From Thermoanaerobaculia bacterium (GTDB taxonomy: Bacteria; Acidobacteriota; Thermoanaerobaculia; UBA5066), in assembly GCA_963816185.1 (NCBI GenBank), contig CAWFJJ010000028.1, forward strand, positions 32,001-96,000: a DNA stretch of 64,000 nt. The letters run 5' to 3'. Positions 17,817 through 31,165 of the stretch are shown here, one piece after another. The translations under genes were made by a program, and so were the position numbers. How positions within the stretch are numbered: position 1 is the stretch's first letter; every line of letters starts with the position of its first letter. The notes beneath the pieces are model-generated. The model was not told where the DNA came from, did not search any database, and saw nothing but the letters and a program-made list of their open reading frames with translations.

Positions 17817-19541
17817 GTGAGGCCACGCCGCGCCGGGGTCTTCAGGTGGGTATTCGGGGTCGCCGCTTTCCTCGGCGCTTCGGCGGCGTGGACTGTGCCG
17901 GTTTCGGCGGACGGCCTCGAGGTTCTGCGGACGTCCTTCTCGCTCCTTTTCACGGGTTCGTTCCGGCTCCCTCCTCCGCCGCCCGGCGTGCGGGTCGACC
18001 CGTATCAGCACCGAAAGCTGCCTGGAGGAGAGCCGGGTTACGACGTTTCGTATCAGCCGCTTGGCTCCTTCGCGCGAACAGCGCTCCTCGCTCCCGTCGG
18101 CTTTGTGCCGGCGGGGGCCGTCCGCGGGCGCGTCGCCGACGCCGTTCTTCAGCTTCTGCCCATTTTGCTCACCGCGTTCGCGGTCGTGCCGCTCACACGT
18201 CTCGCCCGCTTAGCAGGGTGCTCTCGTCGCGCGGCGCCGGCGCTCGCGTCGATGCTTCTCGTCGCGACGTTTCTCGGCCCGCTCGGGCGGCTCGACTTTC
18301 CGGAGCCATCCCTCGTCCTCCTTTCCGTCTGGTCTCTCGAGCGGATCCTCGTGGCGCGCAGGCGGGAGGGTGCGCCCCGGCTGAAGGCCCTGGCGGCGGG
18401 CGGGGGCCTGGCCGGGCTCGCGCTGCTCGCGAAGCCCACGGCCTTCGTCCTCGTCCCGGCTCTCCTTCTTGCCGTCGCTCGGCCGCTTCGGAGGCCTGTC
18501 AGGGGTAGGGACTTAGCGACTTTCGCGGCCGGAATGTTCCCCGGTCTCGTCGCCTTCTTCACTTTGAACTGCGTGCGCTTCGGGAGCGCGCTGGACTTCG
18601 GGTATCGGTGGGGCGATTTGCCTTCCGGGGGCGAGCGCCTTCCGCTGCTGTGGACCGCTCTGCGCCTCACCCTGCTTCCGAACCGCGGCGTCTTCTGGTT
18701 CGCGCCGCTTCTCCTGCTCGCCCTGTTCATCCCGATGAGAAGTCGGCTCGCCGAGCCCCTGCGGACGGATTGCGGAGCCGCACTCATGGCTTCGGGCGGC
18801 TTCTTTGCAGCGAATCTCTGGTGGTGGGTTTGGGAAGGCGGATTCGGCTGGGGCCCGCGTCTCCTCGCTCCTGCCGTCGCGCTCTCGATCCCATGGCTCG
18901 CCGGGCGCGGGCGGGCTTGGCGTCGGGCCGCCTTCGGCCTGGCGCTTTTCGGATTCGTTCTCAATTTGCCGGCCTATTTGTTCGCCGAGCGCCGGCTCTA
19001 TTCGTTCGTCGAGCTGGGGCCGTCCCCCGGTGCTCCCGTGGGCCCCGTGATGCCGCGCCACCGGGCCCCCGACCATCCCGGAGACGTTCATCCGGCTCAG
19101 CGCCTTCATTACATTCCAGCGGCCGCGTCGTGGATCGAGGGCCCCCGGCTTCTTTTCGCGCTCGTCACGCAGGGCAACGGAAGAGAAACCGGGGACGTCG
19201 CGGGCGATGCGAGATCGGATTCCCTCGTGATCCGCCTCCTCCTCGGGAAGCCGGCCCTGCCCGCGATCTCCGGTGTGGGGCGGCTCCTCTTCGACGACGC
19301 CGAAATGGCGGCCGACGTTGAGCCGCAGCGCGCGCTGACGTTCGCGAGGGCGGCGATCGATTTCGGCGGTCCGCCGGTGGACACCAGAGCCTTTATTTCG
19401 ATGCTGCTTCTCCGACGTGGACGAGCCCTGGAGGCCGCGCGCGTCTGCCGTGAAGCTCTCGCGCTGGATCCCGGCCGTGCCGACCTCCGCTCGAACCTCG
19501 CGCTCGCGCAGAGAATGCTGGATAGTTCTCCCAAGAGGTGA
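17817..19541 (+). CDS. multi-TM membrane protein, GT-C glycosyltransferase-like, with C-terminal TPR
   Basis: LALLAKP, NCVRFG, RGVFWFAP, WEGGFGWGPRLL; terminal EALALDP..RSNLALA. Confidence 0.6.
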   Translation: MRPRRAGVFRWVFGVAAFLGASAAWTVPVSADGLEVLRTSFSLLFTGSFRLPPPPPGVRVDPYQHRKLPGGEPGYDVSYQPLGSFARTALLAPVGFVPAGAVRGRVADAVLQLLPILLTAFAVVPLTRLARLAGCSRRAAPALASMLLVATFLGPLGRLDFPEPSLVLLSVWSLERILVARRREGAPRLKALAAGGGLAGLALLAKPTAFVLVPALLLAVARPLRRPVRGRDLATFAAGMFPGLVAFFTLNCVRFGSALDFGYRWGDLPSGGERLPLLWTALRLTLLPNRGVFWFAPLLLLALFIPMRSRLAEPLRTDCGAALMASGGFFAANLWWWVWEGGFGWGPRLLAPAVALSIPWLAGRGRAWRRAAFGLALFGFVLNLPAYLFAERRLYSFVELGPSPGAPVGPVMPRHRAPDHPGDVHPAQRLHYIPAAASWIEGPRLLFALVTQGNGRETGDVAGDARSDSLVIRLLLGKPALPAISGVGRLLFDDAEMAADVEPQRALTFARAAIDFGGPPVDTRAFISMLLLRRGRALEAARVCREALALDPGRADLRSNLALAQRMLDSSPKR

Positions 19542-19562
19542 CACCTGAGCCTGGCGAGTGGA

Positions 19563-22124
19563 ATGAAGTTGGGCCCCTACGAGATTCTCGCGCCTCTCGG
19601 GTCTGGCGGGATGGGAGAGGTCTACCGGGCGAAAGACCCGAGGCTCGCGAGAGATGTCGCGGTAAAGGTACTGCCGAGAGATTTCTTAGAAGGTGAAGAG
19701 AGGAAAGAACGCTTCGAGAGGGAAGCGAGGCTGCTTGCGGCGCTGAATCACCCGGGCATCGCTGCCATCTATTCATTCGAAGAAATCCCCGGTTCTCCCG
19801 GCTCCTCGGCAGTTCACGTTCTTACGATGGAGCTTCTCGAGGGGGAAACGCTCCGTGCGCGCCTCGCGTCCGGGCCGCTCCCCTTACGCAAGGCAGTGGA
19901 CTTCGCTGTCCAGATCGCCCGGGCTCTAGCTGCCGCGCACGAGAAGGGCGTTGTCCACCGGGACCTCAAGCCCGAGAACCTCTTCGTGACGAGGGACGGC
20001 CGGATCAAGATCCTCGACTTCGGCCTCGCGAAGTCCGTCGAAAAAGGTGCCGGATCCGGCGGCACGAACCTGCCGACTATGTCGAAAGGCACAGAGCCGG
20101 GCGCGGTCCTCGGGACGCTCGGCTACATGTCGCCCGAGCAGCTCCGCGGTCTGCCGACGGACCACCGGACCGACCTCTTCAGTTTCGGCGCCGTCCTGTA
20201 CGAGATGCTCTCCGGGCGCAAGGCGTTCCGGGGCGACACGGCGGCCGACACGGTCTCGGCGATCCTGCGCGAGGAGCCGCAGGACCTCTCAGCGACGAAT
20301 CGGACGATCCCGCCGGCCCTCGAGCGCATCGTGCGTCACTGCCTCGAGAAGAGCCCGGACGAGAGGGCACATTCCGCGCACGATCTCGCGTTCGACCTCG
20401 AGTCCCTTTCGACGGCGTCCTCGGGCGCCGTGCCGGCCTCCGTTCCCCGGATTGCGGTCCGCCGGCCGCGGGCGGGCCAGATCCTCGCGGCCGCGGCGTG
20501 CGTCGCCGCGGGCGTCGTCGCCGGCCGGCTTCTCTGGAAAACAGCCGCGCCGGCCCCACCGACGTTTCACCGGCTCACGTTCCGGCGCGGGAACGTCCTC
20601 TCGGCGCGCTTCGCTCCGGACGGGCGGACGATCGTTTACGGTGCGGCCTGGGGAGGCAATCCGTCCGAGATCTACACGGTTCGGACGGAGGGACCCGAGT
20701 CGCGGCCGCTCGGCCTTCCGAACGCGACGGTCGCTTCAGTGTCGTCGACGGGCGAGCTCGCAATGTTCTCGCGCGAGGGGATGACGACGATGGGGGCTTG
20801 GGCCACGCTCTCTCGCGTGCCACTCGCGGGCGGCGCTCCGAGGCCGCTCCTCGAGGAGGTCGGCGCGGCCGACTGGACGCCCGACGGCAAGGAGCTCGCC
20901 GTCATGCGGGTCCGCGAGGGGGGAGGGCGCCGCCTCGAGCTCCCAGCGGGCAAGACGCTCTTCGAGACGAAAAAGAGAACGGAGGGGCTGCGCGTCTCGC
21001 CGGACGGCAAGCACGTCGCAATCGCGGAAGTGGACGGCGAGAAGACTTCGCTCGTCGTCGTGGACCTCGCCGGCAAGGCCCGCACGGTCGTCGGACCCTT
21101 GCAGGTCCTCGTGGGGACGTTCGCGTGGCTTCCGTCGGGGCGCGAGATCCTGTTCTACGGCGGCGCCTCCCGCGACGACACCGCCCTGCGCGCCGTCGAC
21201 CTTTCCGGACGCGTGCGCACGCTCTATCGGTCCACCGGGGTCCTCTTCGTGCACGACGTGTTCCCGGACGGGCGGGTGCTCGTCGAGCACGCGATGAGCC
21301 TCCGGGGCCTCATGTTCGCGCGCGCCTCGGACGGGCAGGAGACGGACCTCTCGTGGTTCGACTCCTCGAATGTCGCGGACGTCTCCATCGGGGGGAAGGC
21401 CCTCCTTTTCAACGAAGAGGGCGAGGCGACGGGCGGGACGCCGCGCGCGTTCTTCCGGAGGACGGACGGCTCGCCGGCCGTGCGGATCGGCGACGGCGCC
21501 GGGCTCGCTCTCTCACCGGACGCGAGCCGCGCGCTCGTGCGGGAAGGCGACGGCGTCGCGGTCGTCCCCGTGGGAGCCGGCACGCCGCAGCGTCTCGCGC
21601 TCGGGCCCGTCGCGGACGTGACGGGCGCGACGTTCTTCGCCGACGGAAAGAGGATCCTTCTCTACGGTTCCGAGAAGGGGAAGGGCCCTCGGTTCTGGAT
21701 CGTCGAGCCGCCTGCCGAACCGCGCGCGGTCACGCCCGAGAACACGCTGGGCGCCGCGGGTCTCCTGTCACCCGACGGCCTGAGGGTCGTCGTGTGGTCC
21801 GCGGACACGTCCATCCTCTCGATCCTTCCGCTCGGCGGCGGGCCAGCGGTCGCGCTCGCGGGCACCGAGCACGACGACCCGATCGCTTGGACGCCGGACG
21901 GACGGGGGCTGTACGTGAGGCCAGGAGGCGGAGAGTCCGGCCGGATCGAGATCCTCGACGTGACCACGCGGACCCGCAAGCCCTGGAAAATTCTCGCCCC
22001 GCCGGACCCGGCGAGCGTCTCGGAGATCTCATCGGGCGCGTTCGCCCGCGACGGCTCGGCGTACGCATACACGTATCGGCGCGTCCTGACGTCGGACCTC
22101 TACGTCGTCGAGGGCCTGAAGTGA
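19563..22124 (+). CDS. Ser/Thr protein kinase with TM and WD40/PD40-like beta-propeller
   Basis: LGSGGMGEVY, VAVK, HRDLKPEN, DFGLAK, YMSPEQ; repeated xPDG motifs. Confidence 0.95.
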   Translation: MKLGPYEILAPLGSGGMGEVYRAKDPRLARDVAVKVLPRDFLEGEERKERFEREARLLAALNHPGIAAIYSFEEIPGSPGSSAVHVLTMELLEGETLRARLASGPLPLRKAVDFAVQIARALAAAHEKGVVHRDLKPENLFVTRDGRIKILDFGLAKSVEKGAGSGGTNLPTMSKGTEPGAVLGTLGYMSPEQLRGLPTDHRTDLFSFGAVLYEMLSGRKAFRGDTAADTVSAILREEPQDLSATNRTIPPALERIVRHCLEKSPDERAHSAHDLAFDLESLSTASSGAVPASVPRIAVRRPRAGQILAAAACVAAGVVAGRLLWKTAAPAPPTFHRLTFRRGNVLSARFAPDGRTIVYGAAWGGNPSEIYTVRTEGPESRPLGLPNATVASVSSTGELAMFSREGMTTMGAWATLSRVPLAGGAPRPLLEEVGAADWTPDGKELAVMRVREGGGRRLELPAGKTLFETKKRTEGLRVSPDGKHVAIAEVDGEKTSLVVVDLAGKARTVVGPLQVLVGTFAWLPSGREILFYGGASRDDTALRAVDLSGRVRTLYRSTGVLFVHDVFPDGRVLVEHAMSLRGLMFARASDGQETDLSWFDSSNVADVSIGGKALLFNEEGEATGGTPRAFFRRTDGSPAVRIGDGAGLALSPDASRALVREGDGVAVVPVGAGTPQRLALGPVADVTGATFFADGKRILLYGSEKGKGPRFWIVEPPAEPRAVTPENTLGAAGLLSPDGLRVVVWSADTSILSILPLGGGPAVALAGTEHDDPIAWTPDGRGLYVRPGGGESGRIEILDVTTRTRKPWKILAPPDPASVSEISSGAFARDGSAYAYTYRRVLTSDLYVVEGLK

Positions 22125-22127
22125 CGG

Positions 22128-24527
22128 TCAGCCCGGTGGCCCGGGGCCGGGCTTCGGCGGCGGCGCTGCGAGCTTCGGGGCGTCCGTCACGGTGACCTCG
22201 TCGCCTTTCGTCTCGCCGCGCTTCGGCGAGTACATCGCGCGCTGGAGGTACTGAGGGAGGTTCGCCACCGCGTGCGGCTGGTCGCCGCAGAGCTCCGTGG
22301 GCTGCGTGCCGTTGATGAACGCCATGAGCACGACCTTCGCGCAGGAAGGCGTCGCCCGGTATCCGGTCGATTCGTCCACCGGGACGAGGACCACGCCTTG
22401 CGGCATCTCGAAATCCTCGCCTTGGGTCACGAGGCCGGCGTCCCTCATCTTCTCGACGATCCGGATGAAGACCGGCAGGGCCACGTCGGCGCCCGCGGAC
22501 CTGGGTCCGAGAGTCTTCTTCGTGTCATGCCCGATCCACACGGCGATCGTGTGGCGCGGCGTCATCCCGATGAACCAGGCGTCCGTGAAGTCGTTCGTCG
22601 TGCCCGTCTTGCCGGCGAGCGGAAGCTTGAGCCGTGCCGCGGACGCCGCGGTTCCGCGCGCCACGACTCCCCTCATCATGTTCAGGAGGACGTAGGCCGC
22701 GGCGGGCGACGTGGCCTCCTTCGGCTCGGGCGTGTTCTGCTCGAGGACGATCCCGTCCGCATTTCGGATTCGCTCGACGAGGTAGGGCTTGTACGACACG
22801 CCGCCGCTCGCGATCGCGGAGTAGGCCGCGGCCATCTCCAGCGGCGTCACCTCGAAAGAGCCGAGGGCGAGCGAGGGATAGGCGAGGAGGGTCTGCCGGA
22901 CTCCGAGCCGGCGCGCCGCCTCGATGACTTTTCTCGTGTTGACGAGGAGGTCCACGCGCACGGTCGCGACGTTCAAAGAATGCTCGAGCGCGTACTGGTA
23001 CGTCACGATACCGTTGTACCTGCGCTCGTAATTCTGCGGCTGCCAGGGCGGCTGCTTCGGGTCGATGACGATCGAGAGCGGTGCGTCGAGCACCGTGTCC
23101 GCGGGCGTGAAGCCCTGCTCGATGGCCGCCAGGTACACCGCCGGCTTGAATGCGGAGCCGACCTGCCGGAGCGCCTGCACGGCCCGGTCGAACTTCGAGC
23201 GGTTGAAGTCGTATCCCCCGGTGAGCGCACGCACCGCGCCGGTGCCGTTCTCGAGGATGACGACCGCTCCTTCGACACGCGGGTCCTGCGCGACGAGCGT
23301 CTCTTCCTTGCCCGCTTCGTTGACGGACTTCTCGATCTGGATCACGTCTCCCCGCTTGACGGCCTTCGCGGGGCTCTCGGCGCGCGTCCACCGGAAAGCG
23401 GCCGCGGGGACGGTGAACCTCTTCGTGTCGACGCGCACCTCGGCTCCGGCCTTCGTGGCCGAGAGGACGACGGCGGTGAGCGTGTCGGAGGGGGGGACGC
23501 CCTCGGCCCAGGACGGATCGCGGTACTTCTCGGGGTCGATCCCTTCGGCCACGAGGTTGCGTGGCTTGCGGAAGCCCGACCGCCGGTCGACGCGCCGCAG
23601 ACCCTGGCGCAGGGCCTCCTCCGCCCAGGTCTCGAGCCGCGGGTCGAGCGTCGTGTCGACGCGCAGACCCTCGCGGTAAAGGTCTCCTTCCCCGTACTCC
23701 TTCTCGAGGTACTGGCGGACCTCCTCGCAGAAGTAGAGGCCGAGCGTCGTCTCGCGCGACGAGCGGATGACCTCCACGGGAGCTCCCTGAGCGGCGGCGC
23801 GCTGCGCGTCCGAGATAAAGCTCTCCTCGGCCATGCGGCGGAGGACGAAGTCGCGCCGGTTCTTCGCGGCGGTCGCGTTGTTGAACGGCGAATAGTACGC
23901 GGGGCGCTGAATGAGGCCTGCGAGCAGCGCCGCCTCGGGCAGCGAGAGGGTCTTCGCGCCGTGTCCGAAGTACCAACGCGAGGCCGCTTCGACTCCGTAG
24001 GTTCCATGTCCGAACGGAATCTGGTTCAGGTACATCGTCAGGATCTGGTCCTTCGAGAACTCTTTCTCGATCTCGACGGTGAGAAAGACCTCGTTGATCT
24101 TCCGGGCCCACGTCTTCTCGGGCGTCAGAAACACGGCACGCGCGAGCTGCTGCGTCAGGGTGGACGCGCCCTGCGACATCCTGCGCGTCGCGAGGTCCCG
24201 GATCGCCGCGCCGCCGATGCGGATGAGGTCGATGCCGCTGTGATCGTAAAAGCGCGCGTCCTCGGCGGCGAGGAGCGCCTTGACCATCACGTCCGGGATC
24301 TCGGGCCGTTCGATGAGCATGCGGCGCTCGATTGCGAAGCGCGCGATGACGGAGCCGTCCGAGCCGCGCAGCTCGGTGATGATGTCGGGACGGTACGTCG
24401 CGAGCTCGGACACCTTCGGGACGCGGATCACGCGCGACAGGGCGTATCCGGCGCCCGCGCCGAGGCCGGCCGTCAGAAGGACCGGCAGGAAAAGGACGGC
24501 CAATGCCGCCGCGCGGCGCGCGCTCAC
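22128..24527 (-). CDS. mrcA: class A penicillin-binding protein (PBP1A family)
   Basis: AEDARF, GASTLTQQ, YLNQI transglycosylase; SAFK, SLN, KTG transpeptidase motifs. Confidence 0.92.
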   Translation of the reverse strand: MSARRAAALAVLFLPVLLTAGLGAGAGYALSRVIRVPKVSELATYRPDIITELRGSDGSVIARFAIERRMLIERPEIPDVMVKALLAAEDARFYDHSGIDLIRIGGAAIRDLATRRMSQGASTLTQQLARAVFLTPEKTWARKINEVFLTVEIEKEFSKDQILTMYLNQIPFGHGTYGVEAASRWYFGHGAKTLSLPEAALLAGLIQRPAYYSPFNNATAAKNRRDFVLRRMAEESFISDAQRAAAQGAPVEVIRSSRETTLGLYFCEEVRQYLEKEYGEGDLYREGLRVDTTLDPRLETWAEEALRQGLRRVDRRSGFRKPRNLVAEGIDPEKYRDPSWAEGVPPSDTLTAVVLSATKAGAEVRVDTKRFTVPAAAFRWTRAESPAKAVKRGDVIQIEKSVNEAGKEETLVAQDPRVEGAVVILENGTGAVRALTGGYDFNRSKFDRAVQALRQVGSAFKPAVYLAAIEQGFTPADTVLDAPLSIVIDPKQPPWQPQNYERRYNGIVTYQYALEHSLNVATVRVDLLVNTRKVIEAARRLGVRQTLLAYPSLALGSFEVTPLEMAAAYSAIASGGVSYKPYLVERIRNADGIVLEQNTPEPKEATSPAAAYVLLNMMRGVVARGTAASAARLKLPLAGKTGTTNDFTDAWFIGMTPRHTIAVWIGHDTKKTLGPRSAGADVALPVFIRIVEKMRDAGLVTQGEDFEMPQGVVLVPVDESTGYRATPSCAKVVLMAFINGTQPTELCGDQPHAVANLPQYLQRAMYSPKRGETKGDEVTVTDAPKLAAPPPKPGPGPPG

Positions 24528-24559
24528 GTCTCATTCTCGCACGTGGTAATTTCGCGCCG

Positions 24560-25003
24560 ATGGCCGAGACGCCTCCTCCGATTTCCCCCGCGGCCGGGCC
24601 GCCCCCGCAGGCTCCCGTGGTGCTGCCCCCTCTCGAGGACGCAGCGATTCGGGCGCGCCGGCAGGGCTGCCTGAAGTGGGGCCTCGTCGGGTGCGCCGGC
24701 GCCTCGGTGGCCGTGATCATCGGCCTCCTTTTCCTCATGAACAACGCGAAGAAGCTGATGGACTTCGCGTTCGACCAGATGGGCGACCAGATCGTCGCCG
24801 CCTGCGCTCCGGACGTGACGCCCGCCGAGAAGGAAGAGTTCCGGGCGGCGATGAAGTCTTTCGCGGCGAAGGCGAAGGACCGCAAGGTGACGGCGCAGCA
24901 GGTCGCCGCGTTCCAGGGCCGTGTGAAGGCGGCCGTCGCCGACAACCGGGTCACGGCGGAGGAGCTGCGCGCCCTCACGGCCTTCTTGAAGGACCCGACC
25001 TGA
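24560..25003 (+). CDS. hypothetical single-TM protein
   Basis: Pro-rich N-terminus, [12 protein letters not shown] segment, strong codon bias. Confidence 0.7.
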   Translation: MAETPPPISPAAGPPPQAPVVLPPLEDAAIRARRQGCLKWGLVGCAGASVAVIIGLLFLMNNAKKLMDFAFDQMGDQIVAACAPDVTPAEKEEFRAAMKSFAAKAKDRKVTAQQVAAFQGRVKAAVADNRVTAEELRALTAFLKDPT

Positions 25004-25025
25004 GGAAATCGCCGCGCCAGAGTCC

Positions 25026-27008
<1,983 letters not shown>

Positions 27009-27040
27009 CGTGTTTGACCGCTGACCGTCTCGGCGACAGA

Positions 27041-30000
27041 ATGACAAGAGCGCGCGAGACTCAATTGAGACGCAATTTGGCTTTTGTCCTATTGCTGGTC
27101 GCTCTGCCGGTGCGCGCGGGGGAGCTAACAGGGCGGCTGACGTTGAACGACCGGCCCGCAGCCGGGATCACCGTTTTCGCCGTGCCGCACGAAACGTCCC
27201 TCGAAGAGGACCGCCGCGAGGCGCGGCGCGAGCTGCGGCCGAAGGCGATCGCAAAGACCGTCACGAATGCGAAAGGCGAGTGGCGGTTCGTTTTCGAAGT
27301 CCCACTTGGCCAGCCCGGGAAGATCGTGGAGCTCCGTTACTCTGGTCCGGGCGTCGCGCGCGGCGCGATCTCCGGGATCTGGGACACGGCCGATTCCGAC
27401 GACGGCGGGGAGACGGTGCTCCGGAAGGGTGCGACTCTCTCCGGCCGCGTCGTGGACGCCGGCGGGCACCCGGTCGCCGAGGCGGAAGTCCTTCATCCGG
27501 GCGGCGGAGATTCCGTTCATACGGACGCCGAAGGAAGATTCGTGCTCGAAGGAGTCGCCGAGTCCGGGAGCGACGTCACGGTGCGAAAACTGGGGTATGC
27601 GACCGCGAAGGCGGCGGGCCTCCGGAGCGGCGTCCGCGGCGGCCGTCGTTCTGCGTCCTGGTCTGCCGCTCGCGGGCGTCGTTCTCGCAATGGACGGAAA
27701 GACTCCGGTGAAAGGCGCCATCGTGCGCGTCGAGCTCAAGGACGCTGCAACATTCGCCGAATCGGACGCGGAGGGCCGGTTCGCGGTCCACGAGCTTTCG
27801 CCCGGTCGCGTTCTCGTGGCGGTCGACGGCGGCGAGCGCGGAATCCGGGAGGTCACGGGCATCGCGATCCCGCGGCCTCCGGACACGCTCGTCAAAGTTG
27901 TCCTTGCGCCAGCGCCCAGCCTGCGCGGGCGGGCGCTCGATGCCACGACGCGCAAGGCCATCGCGGGCGCGTACGTCGACGCGGCCTCGGGCCGGCGGCA
28001 CCTCTGGACGCGCTCCGGAGCCGACGGGTCGTTCGTCGTCCGCCCGGCTCCGGCTGGCGACTGGGTCCTCGGAGCGGTCGCCCCGGGCTACGTCCAGACG
28101 ACGCGGCGGTTCGCGCGCGCGCAGCTCACGGACAAACCCGTGGAGATATTTCTCCGGCAGGGCGTGACCCTCTCCGGGCGCGTCACGGACGAGCAGCGCC
28201 GGCCCGTTGCCGCGGCGAAGGTCAGGACCGTGGAGTCCTCGGTCCGGGGCTTCGCCCCGACCCCGGCTCGTGTCATGGCGATCACTGCGACGGACGGGAC
28301 CTTCACGCTGCGGCGTGTCTCGGCCGTCGAAACCATGCGTCTCGTCGCCACGCATCCCGACTTCGAGCCGGCGTCGATCGGCAATCTCGGGCTCAAACCG
28401 GGCGAGACGCGGGCCGGCGTTGCCATTGCGCTGCGCCGCGGGGTGGTCCTGACGGGGGTTGCGAAATCCGGGGACGCGCCGCTCCCGGGTGTGCGGGTGA
28501 TCGTGACGCCCGGCCGCGGAGGGTCGGGCGCTCCGCCACGCTCTCTCGCCGGGCCGCAGTGGAGCTGGCCGCGCGCGATCACCGGCGCCGACGGACACTT
28601 TCGAATCGGGGGCCTCGCGCCCGGGGATTACACGGTGACGGCCTCGAAGACCGGATACGCCAGTGACAGCCGTCCCGGCATCGTCATCGCCGAAGGCCGT
28701 GGCGCCGCAGCCCCTGTCATTCCTCCTCGGGCCGGAGGCGATCATCGCAGGGAGCGTTCGGGGCAAGCGCGGCACGGGCGTCGCGGAGCAGTACGTCAGG
28801 GCGCAGGCCGCTGATGCAGCCATCGCCAGCAGTGGCTCCGCGCGGACGCTCGCCGATGGAAGCTTCCGGATCGAGGGCCTCAAGCCGGGCGTGACGTACA
28901 CACTCGCCCTTTCTTCAGGGTCGCCCGGCGGACAGCAGAAATCCATCGTGGCGCCCGGCAGAGGGCGTCGAAATAACAGCGGCAGGAACGGGACGCATCG
29001 AGGGCCGGGTCGTGGACGCGGAGGGAAGGCCGGTGCCGGAGTTCCAGGCCACCGCACAGAACGACTAGAGCAGCAGCGGCTACAGCTATGTGAGCCCCGT
29101 GAAGCAGGACGTGTCCTCCGAGGCCGGGGAGTTCGTCTTCGAGAACGCCCCTGCGGCCGTCCTCGAGATGCGCATCATCGCGAAGGGATATCAGCCTGCG
29201 CGCGTGGGTGGAATCGCCGTGGAGGAGGGCGAGACGCGCTCCGGCGTCGAAGTCAGGCTGTCGCGAGGCGCGACACTTCGCGGGCGCGTCCTCGAGGCGA
29301 AAAGCGGAGGCCCGTGCCCGACGTCGAAGTCGTCGCGGAGTCCGCGCCGTCAGGCGCCGCGACGGATGCGGACGGCGCGTTCTCGATCGAGGGCCTCCCG
29401 CCAGGGAAGGTCCGCGTCACGGCGAACAGCCCGGAATACGCGTCGGCGAGCGAGGTCGCCGAGGTGGGAGAAAACGGAGGCACGGTGGAGCTGAAGCTCT
29501 CGACGGGCGCATCCGTCTCAGCCGCCGTCGTGTCGTCCGGAGGCGAGCCGCAGGCGGGCGCGGAGGCGACTCTGGCGCAGGCGGGCCAGAATTCCTACGG
29601 CGGAACGAGGGCCATCGCGGGGCCGGACGGCCGCGTGCTCTTCTCGCACCTCGCGCCGGGGCGCTACACGCTGACGGCAGGAACCGGCGGCCGGCGCGCG
29701 AAGCCGGTGGACGTCACGCTCGTGGCTGACCAGGTTCGCGACGACATCCGCGCCGTCATCGGCGGCGGCGCGACGGTTCTCGTGACGGTCACCGGGCTTT
29801 CGCCGGACGAGCAGAGGCAGGTCTCGGTTGATCTATCAGCCTCCAGCAGCTACCTCAGCGCGAACGACCTGTCCGACGGCCGCTTCGAGGTGCGGGACGT
29901 CCCGGCCGGCCCGGCGATGGCGATCGCACGGGTCGGCGCGCCCACGGATGCGGGAGGCCGCTACGTGACTCGGCCGGTGACGGTACCGGAGGACGGCACC

Positions 30001-31040
30001 GCCGAGGTGGAGGTGCCGTTCGAGGCCGGCTACACGCTGACCGTCCGGGTCCTGCGCGACGAGCAGCCCGTCGAGGGCGCGCAGGTCTACGCGAATCCGA
30101 CGGTACGGGAGTCCGCGACGCCGGGGAGCGGCACGACCGACGCGTCGGGCTCCTGCCTTCTGACGGGCCTCAAGGCCGGGACGTACAGTGTCGTGGCGTT
30201 CTCGATGGCGGCATCGAGCGCGGCGCCGGAGCAGAAGATCGACGTGAGCGGCGATCAGTCGCTGGACTTCTTTCTCCCGGCGGGGCGCCTGGCCGGGACA
30301 GTCGTCGGTTCTGGGTCGGGCCAGCCGCTCGCGGACGTCGAGATCGAGACCCGCACGACCGACACGAGCGGGGCGTTCAGCATGACGCACGATGCGAAGA
30401 GCGACAGCGCGGGTCGGTTTCAGCTGACCGGGCTCGAAGCGGGGCCGCTCTCACTCACGGCCCAGAAGAAGGGCTATCTCGTCGAGACGAGGACGGTCTC
30501 GGCGGACACCGGGCAGGATCTCGTGATCGAAATGGTCCGCGGCGACGGACTTGACGTGACCGGGCGCGACGGGCTGCTCGGGACGCCGCTCGGTCCTTCT
30601 ATGCGCGGATCTTCGACGGCGCGGGGTCCGAGCTGTTGGACTCTTACGTGCCGACTCGACAGCGCGGGCGTCGGAGAGATCCCATCACTCAATCCGGGCG
30701 CGTATTCGATCATCGCGAGCTCGAACAGATTCGCGCCCGCGACGTATGACGGCGTGACCGTTCCGGGGCCCGCCCTCGCCGTGACGCTCACGCCCGGTGG
30801 GACGCTGGACATCGATGTCCCGGCCGAACGCCTGAAGGGCGGCCCCATCGCGTGCCGCGTGACGAGTGCGAGCGGTCTGCCGCTCGCGTTCCGCCAGTGG
30901 GGCAGGCGCGGCGACCTGTCGCTCGCCAGCGCGTCGACGCACCTCACGAACTTTCCTTCGGTCTCCGGCACGTCGCGTGTCCTGGCTTCGCGCCGACAGT
31001 GTTTGCGGTCTCGGAAGGCGGCACGGCCCACGTCTTTTGA
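27041..31040 (+). CDS. large secreted protein with tandem carboxypeptidase-regulatory-like beta-sandwich repeats; multiply frameshifted (error or pseudogene)
   Basis: signal peptide; recurring LSGRVxD..PVAGA.V and TDADGRF...L.PG.Y units spread over frames of ORFs 25451, 27267, 28663, 29090, 30852. Confidence 0.7.
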
Positions 31041-31165
31041 GATAGAGATTCTTTCCGCCGCGCGATACGATTCCCGGCAGGGGACCTCCTCGTTCCTATC
31101 GGGGGGATCGTGGGTGGTCGCCATAATTTTCGGACGCGCGTCGTCCAGCGACCGCGGAGGGACTA

